A stretch of DNA of 61,840 nt, the filler included, from Choristocarpus tenellus KU-1152 (taxonomy: Eukaryota > Protista > Phaeophyceae): NCBI GenBank assembly GCA_964200185.2. It is 12 parts of 12 records of this genome, joined end to end, with 100 filler letters (N's around TTAATTAATTAA, not from the genome) between each part and the next. Parts side by side here need not be neighbours in the genome. Positions count along the whole stretch, not along the records: positions 1 to 4,901 come from CAXNAD020012600.1; positions 5,002 to 9,284 come from CAXNAD020015304.1; positions 9,385 to 16,000 come from CAXNAD020007742.1; 9 more parts are not named here. One strand, given 5' to 3'. The notes beneath the pieces are model-generated. The model saw nothing but the letters and a program-made list of their open reading frames with translations, was not told the origin of the DNA and did no database searches. Shown piece after piece: positions 1 through 11,358 of the stretch; positions within the stretch are counted from its first letter, which is position 1; the number at the start of each line of letters is the position of its first letter. The position numbers were made by a program, and so were the translations under genes.

Positions 1-26
1 ACAAACCCCTCCCCCACCCCCCAGCC

Positions 27-198
27 CCATCTGATGCGTCACTTGTTCGCCCTCCACCCGGATAGGACCAGCCAGTCCCACAGTAAAAACAGGACCACAA
101 CAAAATCAATCACAAACAACCCCCTCCCCCTCCCCCCTGCCCCATCTGATGGGTCACCTTTTCGCCCTCCACCAGGAGAGGACCAGCCAGTCCCACAG
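27..198. repeat. Direct duplication of a ~57-nt unit (27-83 and 142-198)
   Basis: CCATCTGATG.GTCAC.T.TTCGCCCTCCACC.GGA.AGGACCAGCCAGTCCCACAG occurs twice. Confidence 0.8.
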
Positions 199-572
199 GG
201 ATTGGCACATAGCCAACTACGTTCTCACAGTTAGTGTTCAGGACACTGCAGACAAAAGAGGGAGGAAGCATCATCCGGGGAAATAACTGAGACGCCAGGT
301 GGGAGAGGAGGGTATCTGGGCACTAATCCTACCCCTCACCCAAACACATTACCCAAGCCCTAACCAACAGGGCAGTTAGATCCAAGAGAGGAGTTTCACA
401 CCATCAATGGCTTTGTCACAGGCTTGCACGGCAGTTAGAGGGTAAGACCGAGGGGCCTTCCCGCAACTAACGCCTCCGCATAAACACAGAAAACAATAAT
501 TAATGTTCCAAACATCTACACCTGAGCATTGCATTTTCATTACTTCAATCCAATATCCAAGTCTCGGTACAC

Positions 573-655
573 CAACAATGCCATGCTAACAAGAACAATG
601 CCATTTTAACAAGAACAATGCCATTCTAACAAGAACAATGTCATTCTAACAAGAA
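573..655. repeat. 20-nt minisatellite, ~4 copies
   Basis: AACAAGAACAATGCCATTCT-like unit repeated in tandem. Confidence 0.9.
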
Positions 656-932
656 ATCTCCCAAGAAGGACATTAGAGGCATTAGGAGCATGCTTTCAAT
701 ATCTTGACTTTAATTTAATGAGCAAGTGAGACTTCCCCAAGGCATGGGAAAACCCCAGCAGTAGTACGCCTACAAAACGCCTCCATATTGTAGGTCCCAT
801 GGTCAGGAGCCAGTGTGAAGGGTCGCCCACACACCACCACTACAACTTATCTCCAGAAACTTTAGCACAACAATCACATCAATCACAACAATCTGGATTC
901 TTCAGAAAGAGGACAACCAGTCTCTGCCATAG

Positions 933-1150
933 AAGCAACAGGTCATCCAGGGAGATGAATGGGGCCGACAACTCCTCTTCTTAAGAACATATACTGCTAA
1001 TGATGGTAACAGCAACAGGTCATCCAGGGAGATGAATGGGGCCGACAACTCCTCTTCTTAAGAACATATACTGCTAACATATACTGCTAACATATACTGC
1101 TAACATATACTGCTAACCCTAACCCTAACATATACTGCTAACATATACTG
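933..1150. repeat. ~77-nt duplication followed by a 13-nt tandem array with embedded CCCTAA units
   Basis: AGCAACAGGTCATCCAGGGAGATGAATGGGGCC...AAGAACATATACTGCTAA twice, then (CATATACTGCTAA)n and TAACCCTAACCCTAAC. Confidence 0.9.
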
Positions 1151-1521
1151 CATTATAATATGATGGTAACAGCAACACCGTACTAGCATTATAAATACTT
1201 CTGTTTTGAAATCATATTATTATCTGTTACCGTTGTACTTGTGACTTATACCAGAATAAGATTTACCCTTACAGGTGATCTGTGTAGTTGGGGTCATGGT
1301 TTTGTTAGCTAACTGTGCTATTTGCATTTTGCCCCCCTTTGGCAAAGAGGGTCACTGACAACATGCTATCAATAGTATCTATTGGGGAATGAAAGGTGCT
1401 GTCTGGTGTGGTGATGATGAAGTTCAAACAGAATTGGCTCGAAGACTATTTCAAACCAACTCAATCACAACCCAATTGGAACTATGCAACCAAGAACCAA
1501 GTGTTGTATGGAATCTCCAGT

Positions 1522-1556
1522 CAATCCAATCCAATCCAATCCAATCCAATCCAATC
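1522..1556. repeat. (CAATC)n microsatellite
   Basis: About 7 tandem pentamers. Confidence 0.9.
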
Positions 1557-1826
1557 CCCTCGACATAGCTTTCGGTTTTTCTTTGGGTTAGGGTTAGGGA
1601 TAGAATCTAAGAAGATACTTTTCTCCATAACTGAACTATAGCTCTATCGAATCACTATGATATATATGATACTTCGAACGATATTTTACTCTTGTTCCTC
1701 CTGTAATGACATCTGTCTGCAAAACTCCAGAGGGCATGATATATTTTACATAACAAATACCACTACAAAATAATAGCAAGTACAATACTATACTGCACAC
1801 ATCTAGGCATGGCCCTAAGACACAGA

Positions 1827-3756
1827 TTAAGAAATTTTCCAAGCCTGCAAAAAAAAAATATTTCACCCCAAGCTCCCAAAAAAGTCAATTTATAAAAGTG
1901 GTAAGAATTGGCGGATTGGCATGACTATGAAAGAAAACAATGATGGTATGAAGCATTGAAACATACCATAAAAGATATGTGTATACCTTTAGAATATCAT
2001 ACCATAGTACTGATACATTGATGCCCCCAATATCTGGTTGGTAGGAATCTCCGATTTCTTGCCTGTGCCAAATTCCCTGAAGATCATCTATTTGAACTAC
2101 GATATATTTTTTTTCAGTATCCCCTCTCACCGTGAGTAATCAATCCCTCTATATGGAAGGCCTGTGAACATGCCGGCTTCCGCACTTTGATCCTTTGTGC
2201 CCACCACCTTTGTCCCTTGGAAACCAAACCTGCATCATGCCACAAATATCGTAGGGGATGTTTCCGGAAGATTTGCACATTCAAGGAGCGACTTTTTCTT
2301 GTACTTCTGGTGGGTCTTAAGAAATATAAATAGATATTTTCATTCCGAGCAAAGAGGTGGGTCATTGGCCAAATGTGTAGTTTGCACTTGTCTACTCAAA
2401 AATGAAACACAGCCTCTACATTCCCTTTCCCCTCCCCTACCAATCTATAATTCCCTGTGCAATTTCTTGTACTCGTCGCCCCCCACTCTATCACCACTCC
2501 ATCCTGCTTGCAACACGGCACGGAAGCTTTTCCTACCTTATCGCCTCCGCCGCATGCCGCCGGAGTTGAACCGCCCGGACGGATCCTATACCCAGAAATC
2601 TCTCAATGGCGTGGAGTTCCAGCGATCCTGACATCACTTTCGCCAGAATCTCCAGAGAGGGGCAAGAGAAGAAGTATGGGTTGCAGAAGGGGAAAGGATA
2701 AGGGAGGTATGTTTACGTTGTTCCCAAAGACACGTAGACACCAGCACATCATCGCCATTGAAAAGAAATCCTCTGGCGTGGAGGAAAAACCTACAGCACG
2801 ATGAACGTCTCGAAGGGTTGAATTGTGAAGTCAAGCGGCGCTCAAGTAATTACTTGATTCTTTCCGACAGTGGCAATGTCTTCCAAATCCTCCTCCATGT
2901 GTCTTACCGCCTCATCGGTCTTCTCGTTAGCATCCACTGAACTCGCCCCTGTAGTGGAACCTTTGTGATTCATCTTTCGCTTCTTAGGTGCGGGGGAGAG
3001 TTTGACAGTGGGGCCATTGCTTCCCGTTAGGTCAACCATCGTCCTTGCTCGATATATTTGTCGAAGGCTAACGTTGATTCCTCGAGAGCGCAGTTCATTC
3101 TGGAGTTCACTAGTCTTCACCGATGGGTCCCATTGCTCCACCTCTGCGAACTGGAAAGCGAGAGCCTTGACGCTAGGCTTTACACTCTCGCTGCCCCTGC
3201 AACCACGGTGTTCGGGGTTCGCGATACTCGAAACCTTCCAGGCCCCACTCGCCTGCTTGGTGGCCCTGAGGATGAAGTCACATCCAGTGCAGCCAATTTT
3301 CTTCTGCCTACTCCCCCCCAGTAAGCTCATCACTCCTCGTCCTTGTCGCATGAGGCTTGCCTCGCATGCCAGACGCAATGTTTTGCTATCGTTGAACACA
3401 GATCCAATACCAATGTCTTGCGAAAAAATCCCTACAGGAGTAGATGTGCGAAAGGCGGGTAAGGTTGCTAGGGATAGGCCTGTGGTACTGATGGGAGCAG
3501 AAGTGGAAATTGGGATAGGTGCGGAAGAAGTAGTGGAAGAGGTTCCTAAAGATGCTGTAATGGAAGAGGAGGGACCTAACGATGGTACAGTGGTGGGGGC
3601 AGCACCAGGAATGACTGGTGCATTTCTCTCCGTGGGACAGTTTTCCCCAAGACGGAGTCCCATTTGAGGTGAGTTACTAGGGGAAGAAGAAATGTCCGTG
3701 GTTGGAAGTCCATTGGTCATAGAATTATCAACATGTCGCTCTTCAGTTGTGGACAT
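1827..3756 (-). CDS. Spliced Mutator/MuDR-derived protein (WRKY/GCM1-type zinc finger, no DDE domain seen); model has unresolved junctions
   Basis: Large exon from ATG 3756 contains FNDSKTLRLAC...CTGCDFILRATKQASGAWKVSSIANPEHRGC...ELQNELRSRGINVSLRQIYRAR, typical of the MuDR N-terminal domain. Phase-compatible GT-AG exons follow: ..2717, 2627-2537, 2306-2131, 2096-1987, 1844-1827 (AWKIS*). The junction near 2850 needs a frameshift or unusual splice, and the 2130-2097 intron is only 34 nt. Confidence 0.55.
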
Positions 3757-4859
3757 TGTGTAAGTCGAAGGTATACCAACCCACCTCAACCTTATTTGTG
3801 CTCTTCTCTCCTCCCCTCCCAAAACAAGGGTACAGGTACAATATTTTTTTTTCATGGTAGGGAGTATCGTAGAACTCGGTTATATATTTATTTACAACCA
3901 ATATCAAATTGAAATTTACATACTACCAGTACTCATATAATCTGTACACAATATTAGGGAATACTACTTAGTAGACCTTTGACTGTAAGTAAGGTAAGCA
4001 ACCTATTGCTTTGACTGACATCCTTCATTACTATTTCGATAAATTAAAAATAATATCGGGGTATTTTCATCCCCAATCATTGATTTCTGATATACGGTGT
4101 AGACAATGGAAACAATTTACTGAGTGCATGTACAAGTTCCTTAGGGTTGGTTGGTCACCGACGTCTGGTGTTGGTGTGGACATTTATTTGGTTTCGTGGA
4201 GTGAATTGTATCACATAATGTAAAATCAAAAATATGTGTAATGGTTTCCACAAATATGGGAAGGCATTTCCCGCGGTGCATGCCCCAACTGGACACTGTA
4301 GTTGGCTGCCTTCATCAAGGTGTTGAGAAATCTCGACCTCGACCCGTCACCTCACATCTTTGCCCTGACAGGAACTGGACCCTTTACGGGTTTTGTGTTA
4401 GAGAGGGAAGAGGAGGAAGCATGACATGATTCCTTGAGTCTTTGCACACATTGCGGCTTAAATATCAAGACATCGTTAACATACGAACTACACTATATAT
4501 ATAATAGTATGACCAACATACGAACTATAGTAGGACTTGATTTATGTCCGTCTAGGGGTTATTTTCTTCTTCTCCACACTCTACGGTTGATATTATGAAT
4601 AAACCACCTACATAGCTCTCCGTCACCAATCAATCATGTTTTCTCAATTAAGGTGTATGTCTTGGGCGTGAGTTGGGTTGATTGGGTCCCAGGAGGAGGC
4701 ACATATATATGTACTAATCGTCCAGGAAGCATATGCCGACTGTGCGTTTGGACGCTAATACGAAGGAAGAAGCACAGTAAGTCGTTATTTGGATATCCTG
4801 TCTATCATGAAGTCCCACGTTTGAAGTTGCTTATATATTGGCAAGCATTTTCGAACAAC

Positions 4860-5037
4860 GGGTCAAAGTATCTGGGGGGGGGGGGTCGGCGTCCGTTGTT
4901 CNNNNNNNNNNNNNNNNNNNNNNNNNNNNNNNNNNNNNNNNNNNNTTAATTAATTAANNNNNNNNNNNNNNNNNNNNNNNNNNNNNNNNNNNNNNNNNNN
5001 NCTCACAAACCACCCCCCCCCCAGATACTTTTAAACC
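4860..5037. mobile_element. MITE family A termini on both sides of a linker (4860-4901 and 5002-5037)
   Basis: GGGTCAAAGTATCTGGGG on one side and CCCCAGATACTTTTAAACC on the other; matches the complete copy at 31215-31396. Confidence 0.8.
4902..5001. other. Artificial contig linker; also at 9285-9384, 16001-16100, 31088-31187, 34137-34236, 37389-37488, 41915-42014, 46668-46767, 49441-49540, 52590-52689, 59019-59118
   Basis: The same 100-nt N44-TTAATTAATTAA-N44 cassette, with stops in all six frames, appears 11 times. Confidence 0.97.
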
Positions 5038-7619
5038 TTTGTGTACTCAGAGGTGGATCTGTCAAGAAGTCCAACGGGGTAGGTGTTTTAAGCAAGGAAG
5101 AGATCTATTGCTTTCTTGTGAGCAGTATACATGCTTTTGGAAGGCGTGCATCCTACACTCTGCGCCCAGTCTTTAAAAGTTCCCTATATACACATTTCTT
5201 GTTTGTTATTTGTATTTCCGTACTACTACCCTACTTCATTTCAACAAGTACTGCTAATGTTAAGAGTCGGAGTGATTTTGACGTGTGCTAGAGAACTGTT
5301 GAGTCATTTGGTATTCTGAGTCATTTACTGTAAGGTTTGGTGAGCCTCATCTAGTGATGGTGTCTCACTCTCTTCTCAACTGTGATACAAGCTAATAAAC
5401 AATACTATAACTGGTTGTGTGGGACAACAGATCGTCAAGGACTGCTTAACAAGTAGCAGTCGTAACAAGTAGACGATGACCTCTGCTATCTACTAATAAT
5501 ATTGTCAGTTACCCTTCATGAAGTCAAAGGATGGATCGCTGCAGTCAGTCAAAGACTAACATATAGTAAGTATAGAGTAGTAGTTCCTATAGGTCGATCT
5601 CTTTTATCATTATCTACTACCATCAGCGTAACGCCCTCTTAAATCCTTGTTGGGTTTTCCCTCTAAAAACCACACATACCTCTACCTGCTACTACCCCCA
5701 GAAGTGACCATATACAATATACTATCGAAACAATATACTTTGAAGCAAAGTAGCAAAAAAAAAAACTGAAAAAAATAGGCAGGCGGCAACCAGTAGAAAG
5801 TGCACTATCAATATTTTAAACACCTTAGCAGGTAGTGGACGAGAACCAACATCAACTAGAAGAAATATAGCGTCTCACTTTTGTGACCCACCCATTTCTA
5901 GTTTTGTATTCAGCTTCAACATCAAGACCTACTGAGTCGATATACTCTCCTACTAGATAGAACTCTATCGTAAACAGCAATAACAATTAAAAAAAAACTA
6001 GTATTGTAAGCAGAATGGGAATATAATTTAAAGTAGTTCTCTCCTGCTGCAAGGTTTGCATTCCATCTGACTGTCCTTATATCATTTTGTGTGCACCACA
6101 GAGACAAGAGTGTGATGAGTCTATTATGTCACAACAGGCAGCAGTAATAATTTGAGGCAAGCAAACCTTTCTCTCCATATACTAATATCAAACAGGTTAA
6201 TTGAGTAACAACACACCTCAGACAGACCTTGCAGCCTTCCTACGAGGTGTAAGAGACACTACCGTTTCATTGACCGTAATACGCACATGTATGCTACAAC
6301 AAAGAAAATTATTTCATCATCGTTCTCCAGAGTCACTCCTCCTACATGACAACGGCACTGATGATCAACATGACGATGAGCCTTATCTCTCCCCTCTGTT
6401 CCTCACAACATAGATAAACAACACGAAATACGCACATAACAAAAGGCAAGGAAGGTGTAACGGCCTCCTCAACATGTATGACCATCCATCCACCATCCAC
6501 ACAGCTAGCACACTTTCCAACACGCACTACACATCTCAACATTTATCTGTTCCTGCCCCAAAAACCAAGCTGAAAAAACCATCGCCTGCGGCAGACAAAC
6601 AGACGCCCATGAGGCAACACAGTAGAAAATGAAGCACATAAGTGTACTTCATTCACACACAACTACGATTCTCAGTTCATCCTTCCAACCAACTGACCCC
6701 CTTTCTGTCCTATCAACCCCACCAAATAAAAATCACTTCTTCAATTCTCTTTATCCATTCATCTCTGGTCCCACTCCCCCTCCCCACCCCCCACATCTTC
6801 CAACCTCACTGTTACCCTCGAGTCACCACTTTCCCTGCCCCCACCTCGACCTCAGACACATGGAGATCGCCAGGCAAAACCTACAAGTCGCCTGGTCTTG
6901 TTGTCTTGTAATCACCATTTTTTTTTATCTATTCCAAGTACCACTCACTGTAGATGATGTCCCCGCAGCCCTCACAACAAAAAACAAGAACAGTACACCA
7001 AAACAAAACAAAAATCAGCACACACTACTAGTTGGCCTTCTCAGCAGAGACACCTCGCCCAATCAGCTCTGGGCATACACTTCCACTGTTTCCCCAACCA
7101 CCTCGAAATTCCTAGTCAAAAGGGGGTCTTGAGGGCATGAGGTATCAGAGCTACAGATTCAGCAGTCAAAATCAAACAATTAAAACGCCTCCAAACTCAA
7201 TCTTTCACATTCACAATAGCACCACACTGTGAATGAGGTAGAATTGGTAAGCGTTGGTAGCACCACAGGGCAATTCCCTACCCAAGTGAAAAATAAAAAG
7301 CAAGATAGCTACAGCCTACACAGCCTTCCTTCATCTCCCCACAGCCTCAGAAAACATTTGTGAAAGGATGTCTTGTATTCTTATCGTTACCCAGACTTGA
7401 GCGTGTTTCACGAGGAGTAAACAGTCACAATACAAAAAAAGAGTCTAGCAGATAGCCAGGAAATGGGTGCCAGGCTCTGATATAGCTACCCTGTAAAGCA
7501 CACAGCAGACTGTCCTGACTGCCTGTAACTCCTAGCCTCCCCCAATCCCCCTTGTTCCTTCTTCCATATGTCCTGTACTCTCCTCACCCTCCCCACTCCC
7601 ACTCCTCCTTCCCTAATTT

Positions 7620-9284
7620 TCAGGCATTAGCAAAGAGCCAATTCAGCACCTCTTCAAAATCGAAACCAACCGCTGCCGTGGCCCTATCACAGTCCTCAAT
7701 ATTGAACCCTGACAGTTACAAGGCAGTTACGTTTTGATATGATAGGCATGTGTGTTCGTTACAGTTATGTACTTTGAATATGGGATATAGCGGGGTTGGG
7801 TTGATTGGATGGCGGGTTCTTTCTTAAGGAACTGAGGTCTGAGGTGACCTCACAGTAGACTCCAAGGCCTAGACAGAAGTCTATTCACACAACAAATAGC
7901 AGGCCAACAGCATAATAGAGTGTTACCAAGAGGAATGAAGAACGAGCAGGTAAATGCCTGTTTTTACACAAATCAACTACAAAATAGCAGTTAGAGAATG
8001 CAACACTGGGTGTCTGTCTTAGTCACCAATACTACTGCCGTGGAAATGTAACAGTGTGAGGGCTCTGGCACAGCTACTCAACACAGATCAGAAGTCTAAC
8101 ACACAAGAAGCAAAATGGATACCACCATAAACAGGCGAAACAACTGTGAAAGGTGTTACTAATCCAATGTGAGGAATGCAACCTAAGAACAGTATGAAGC
8201 CACAATGAAATATCTCAAGCTTGATTCTTGCTATCTACTCCACTCACCCATGTCGACAAGTCGGGCATACAGCATGTCCACCATAGCCTCATTGTTAGCT
8301 TGGTGGTTGTGTCGCTGTGGCAACCCAGCCCCTCCCCACGCCACTGTTGAAGACCTTGGTGCACCAACCTCTGGCACAGGCGAGGGTGCAGGTGCGCCCC
8401 AACCCGATGCGCCTGACAGTACAGCAGCCACCGGCACTGGTGATGGTTCAACTTGTCCCCAACCTGAAGGACTTGCCACCACTGGTTCAGGCTCACCCCA
8501 ACCTGAAGGACTTGCTGCCACTGGTTCAGGCTCACCCCAACCTGAAGGACTTGCTGCCACTGGTTCAGGCTCACCCCAACCTGAAGGACTTGCTGCCAAT
8601 GGTTCAGGCTCACCCCAACCTGAAGGACTTGCTGCCACTGGTTCAGGCTCACCCCAACCTGAAGATCTTGCAGGCACCGGTTCAGGCTCACCCCAACCTG
8701 AAGAACCTGTCGGTACAGCAGCCGCTGGCGTAGGTGCTGGTTCAGCCCCCCCCCAACCAGAAGAACCTGTTCGTGCAGCAGTCACTGGCACAGGTCCCAC
8801 TTCAGGCTTCCTCCAACCTGAAGAACCTGTCAGTGCAACAGGTTCTGGTGCAGGTGCTGGGTCAGACCCCCCCCAACCTGAAGAAGCCGCATGCACAAGT
8901 TCAGAGTCTCCCCAACCCGAAGGAACTGCTGCACCAGGTGCAGGCACTGGTGCCACTGGTCCAGCAGTGTTCCAGTTGCACGAGGATGATACAGGGGGAT
9001 TGGGAGGTGGTGGGGGTCGCTGTCGCCGTACCTGTTGTTGTTGCTGATGCAAAGTCTGTGAGGACGGTGAGCTACTTGTAGACCCCTGATCCAAGGACCC
9101 AGAGTGAGCAGGAGGAGACCCCCATGCTGACGGGCTCGGCTTGTCTGACATCATGGAAGGGGTTTCAGCTGCAGTTGCAGTTGCTGGGGCCGGGGGTGGA
9201 GAAGATCCCCAATCTGAGGGGTTCTGTTTATCAGATGCCAGTGAAGAAGCCGCAGCTGCAGGGGTCGGGGGGGAAGAAACCCCC
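7620..9284 (-). CDS. GW/WG-repeat protein with C-terminal UBA domain (5'-partial; exons <9284-8248 and 7708-7620)
   Basis: Frame is open from the contig edge and has ~15 (S)GWG/WG motifs in a P/A/S-rich chain. Donor ATG G|GTGAGT at 8248/8247 joins in phase to acceptor TGTCAG|GG at 7709/7708, giving LYARLVDMGFNIEDCDRATAAVGFDFEEVLNWLFANA*, a UBA-type MGF...NWL pattern. Confidence 0.8.
8457..8700. repeat. Coding 39-nt tandem repeat (~6 copies) encoding SGWGEPEPVAASP
   Basis: CCCCAACCTGAAGGACTTGCTGCCACTGGTTCAGGCTCA in near-perfect tandem copies. Confidence 0.95.
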
Positions 9285-9384
9285 NNNNNNNNNNNNNNNN
9301 NNNNNNNNNNNNNNNNNNNNNNNNNNNNTTAATTAATTAANNNNNNNNNNNNNNNNNNNNNNNNNNNNNNNNNNNNNNNNNNNN

Positions 9385-9450
9385 AGGGTCTACACAAGGG
9401 TGTCCATTTGGGCCATAACCGGGAAAAGTGCACTTACATTATCCTTCCGA
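9385..9450. mobile_element. MITE family A internal fragment at contig start
   Basis: GGGTCTACACAAGGGTGTCCATTTGGG...GGAAAAGTGCACTTACATTATCC matches 31245-31303. Confidence 0.8.
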
Positions 9451-9869
9451 GATCGGTCCTAACACCATAGCTGCTTCCCAGCAGTTAAAAACTGACCTCC
9501 ATGTGGTAGATATTGACTTGAATATGGACAAGACCTTTGCCGCACCACCCCAGGGCCACCAACCCAGGCCCTCAGAACTGGAGCTTCTTTCTAAAGCAGG
9601 AATCAACCTAGCCCCGAACCCAAATGGTTTTGTCATATTGGGGGCTCTGGTGGGAACGGGTGGCTTTATACATGCCCATAATGACTGAGGTGATCGAGAG
9701 CTCTGGGACACGAACGTTGGCTACACACCTCAGCGAGATGGAGGACAAACAGATGGCCTGGCTCCTCAACTCCTGGTCCCTCTCCTCCCGCCTAGGCTAT
9801 GTCGCTAGTGTCACTCCCCCCCACCTGGCACGCTCCACCATGGAGCAAACAGACAACACCTTGTTATGA
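9451..9869 (+). pseudogene. Non-LTR retrotransposon RT C-terminal/thumb fragment (CRE/SLACS-like), frameshifted
   Basis: IDLNMDKT...GFVILGALVGTGGF then EMEDKQMAWLL...SRLGYVASVTPP, resembling the post-YxDD region of early-branching LINEs. Confidence 0.6.
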
Positions 9870-10019
9870 ACACTATAAAAGATAATGGAGGTAGCAGACT
9901 CGACAGAGGTGACGGATTTTTTTTAGGAGGGGTGTAGCAATGGGTCTCTCCACCTAGAGACCTACCAACAAGTACAACATAGATAGTAGTAACACAGGAA
10001 ATAGGAAATAGAAAAACAT

Positions 10020-10125
10020 TTTTCACTTTTGTGACAACTGTTCTTAAAAAAAATTCAGACATGTGAATAGTTCTCATTGCTTTTTCCCATACCACATCTG
10101 GAAAATTTCAGAGGGCATAATGATA
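10020..10125. repeat. Dispersed repeat, probably a DNA-transposon subterminal region; related copies at ~1690-1745, ~29885-29995 and ~38190-38282
   Basis: Shared CAACTGTT(A)CTT and CACAT..AAAT(T/G)TCAGAGGGC(A/G)T motifs; the ~1690-1745 copy has only the second motif. Confidence 0.6.
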
Positions 10126-10669
10126 AAACTCAATTTCGAGGAATGTTGTACAAATCCTGATTTTTCGATATAAGTTGGTTACCATGTACACATGATTTGT
10201 AGATACCACTCCAAATTATATCAACACATACAAATTATTTGGCCTACAGTGTTGGCAGTCACCTCCTGCATCAACTTTGTCGTGTCATAACTTTTGATCA
10301 ACGATTTTTTTAATTCATGAAAATTCGTTTGTTGTAATCACATGATCATGCTTAACCTTATTTGATGGGTCTCGGTTGGTCAACTTGCAGTAATGGTGAG
10401 AAATACAGGACCATACCTAAATCAGGTAGTCCGCGCGCGCGGTTCGCGTGGGTTGCCGTGTCGCTCGCGCGAACCGCGCATTTGAGGACGATTTTGACGC
10501 CAGAAGAGGCCATCATCACCAAGAGAACATGGGCATTGTTATCTCTCCATTCTCTTTCCACTATTTCCCGTTTATGCGATGTCGTCACCTGCTGGCTAAG
10601 GCTCACTAATGGGGGCCCAGGCCTCTGAACCAGACAATCCATGCCAAGTCAAATGAGATATTCTGAAGG

Positions 10670-10985
10670 TGCCGGCCTCCTATGAAACTTAAATGTCTTG
10701 TACATCCTGTCCAATTTGGTGCACCCAATGCCTTTCTTGTTGGAATATATCAGGTGGTAAGCAATACTCAACCTGAAGAACCTCTCCACAATTACTCCGG
10801 GCAGTCCCCTTCCTCCTTAAGACTGACAGGAATGTTGGGTCTCATTCTAGGCAACGTGTAGTCACAGTGACCTCGTACATAGTGCTACGCCCGCCTCCAG
10901 ACCATATCTATCGGGTTCAATTCACAGTGTCCTGTGAGGGAGGGGCAGGCAACAACTTGGAGGTCATTGGGCGTCACAATGTCCT
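10670..10985 (-). pseudogene. IS630/Tc1/mariner-like transposase C-terminal relic
   Basis: Translation GHCELNPIDMVWRRA*HYVRGHCDYTLPRMRPNIP and, after a frameshift, MYKTFKFHRR; contains stops. Confidence 0.65.
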
Positions 10986-11040
10986 GTGAGTGGCTTAAAC
11001 AGTATTATGCCGAGGTCCGCCCACGTACCATTTGGGTGGG

Positions 11041-11358
11041 GTGACCCATCTTGATTCTTTTGAAAGGGTTGCCCAACGAGTTAATCAATGATGAGCATAT
11101 CAAATGAAAGCTCTGGATCTAAGGTATCGACTGGTGCAAAGCAATAATTTCGCGAAAATAGTTTTGGTCATGATAGTTCATTCCGGAGCATTTCCAAGGT
11201 TGTACCGAACACATCCGGTTAAACTTTAACCGTACCAACAAAATTTCCGAAACAATTCCTTTGCACCAGCGATAGCTTAGATCCAGACCTTTCCTTTGAT
11301 ATGTTTATCATTGTTTAAATCCTTGGGCAACCCTTTCAAAAAAATCAAGACCGGTCTC
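11041..11358. mobile_element. Foldback/MITE with ~100-nt imperfect terminal inverted repeats
   Basis: TCTTGATTCTTTTGAAAGGGTTGCCCAA...TCTGGATCTAAG...CTGGTGCAAAG is mirrored by CTTTGCACCAG...CTTAGATCCAGA...TTGGGCAACCCTTTCAAAAAAATCAAGA. Confidence 0.85.

Noticed and set aside
3002-3667. 221-aa + strand ORF
   Set aside because: Antisense mirror of the MuDR-type ORF with no motif of its own
4902-5001. Recurrent TTAATTAATTAA palindrome as a biological repeat or CRISPR-like array
   Set aside because: It is always centred in exactly 100 nt of N padding and is a six-frame-stop contig linker. Any gene cluster spanning linkers is also invalid.
8205-9081. Overlapping repeat ORFs (PQPEGLAATGSGS, AHPNLKDLLPLVQ, SLNQWQQVLQVGV)
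   Set aside because: These are alternative frames of a stop-free 39-nt repeat. Only the GWG frame is open to the contig edge and splices in phase to a recognisable domain.
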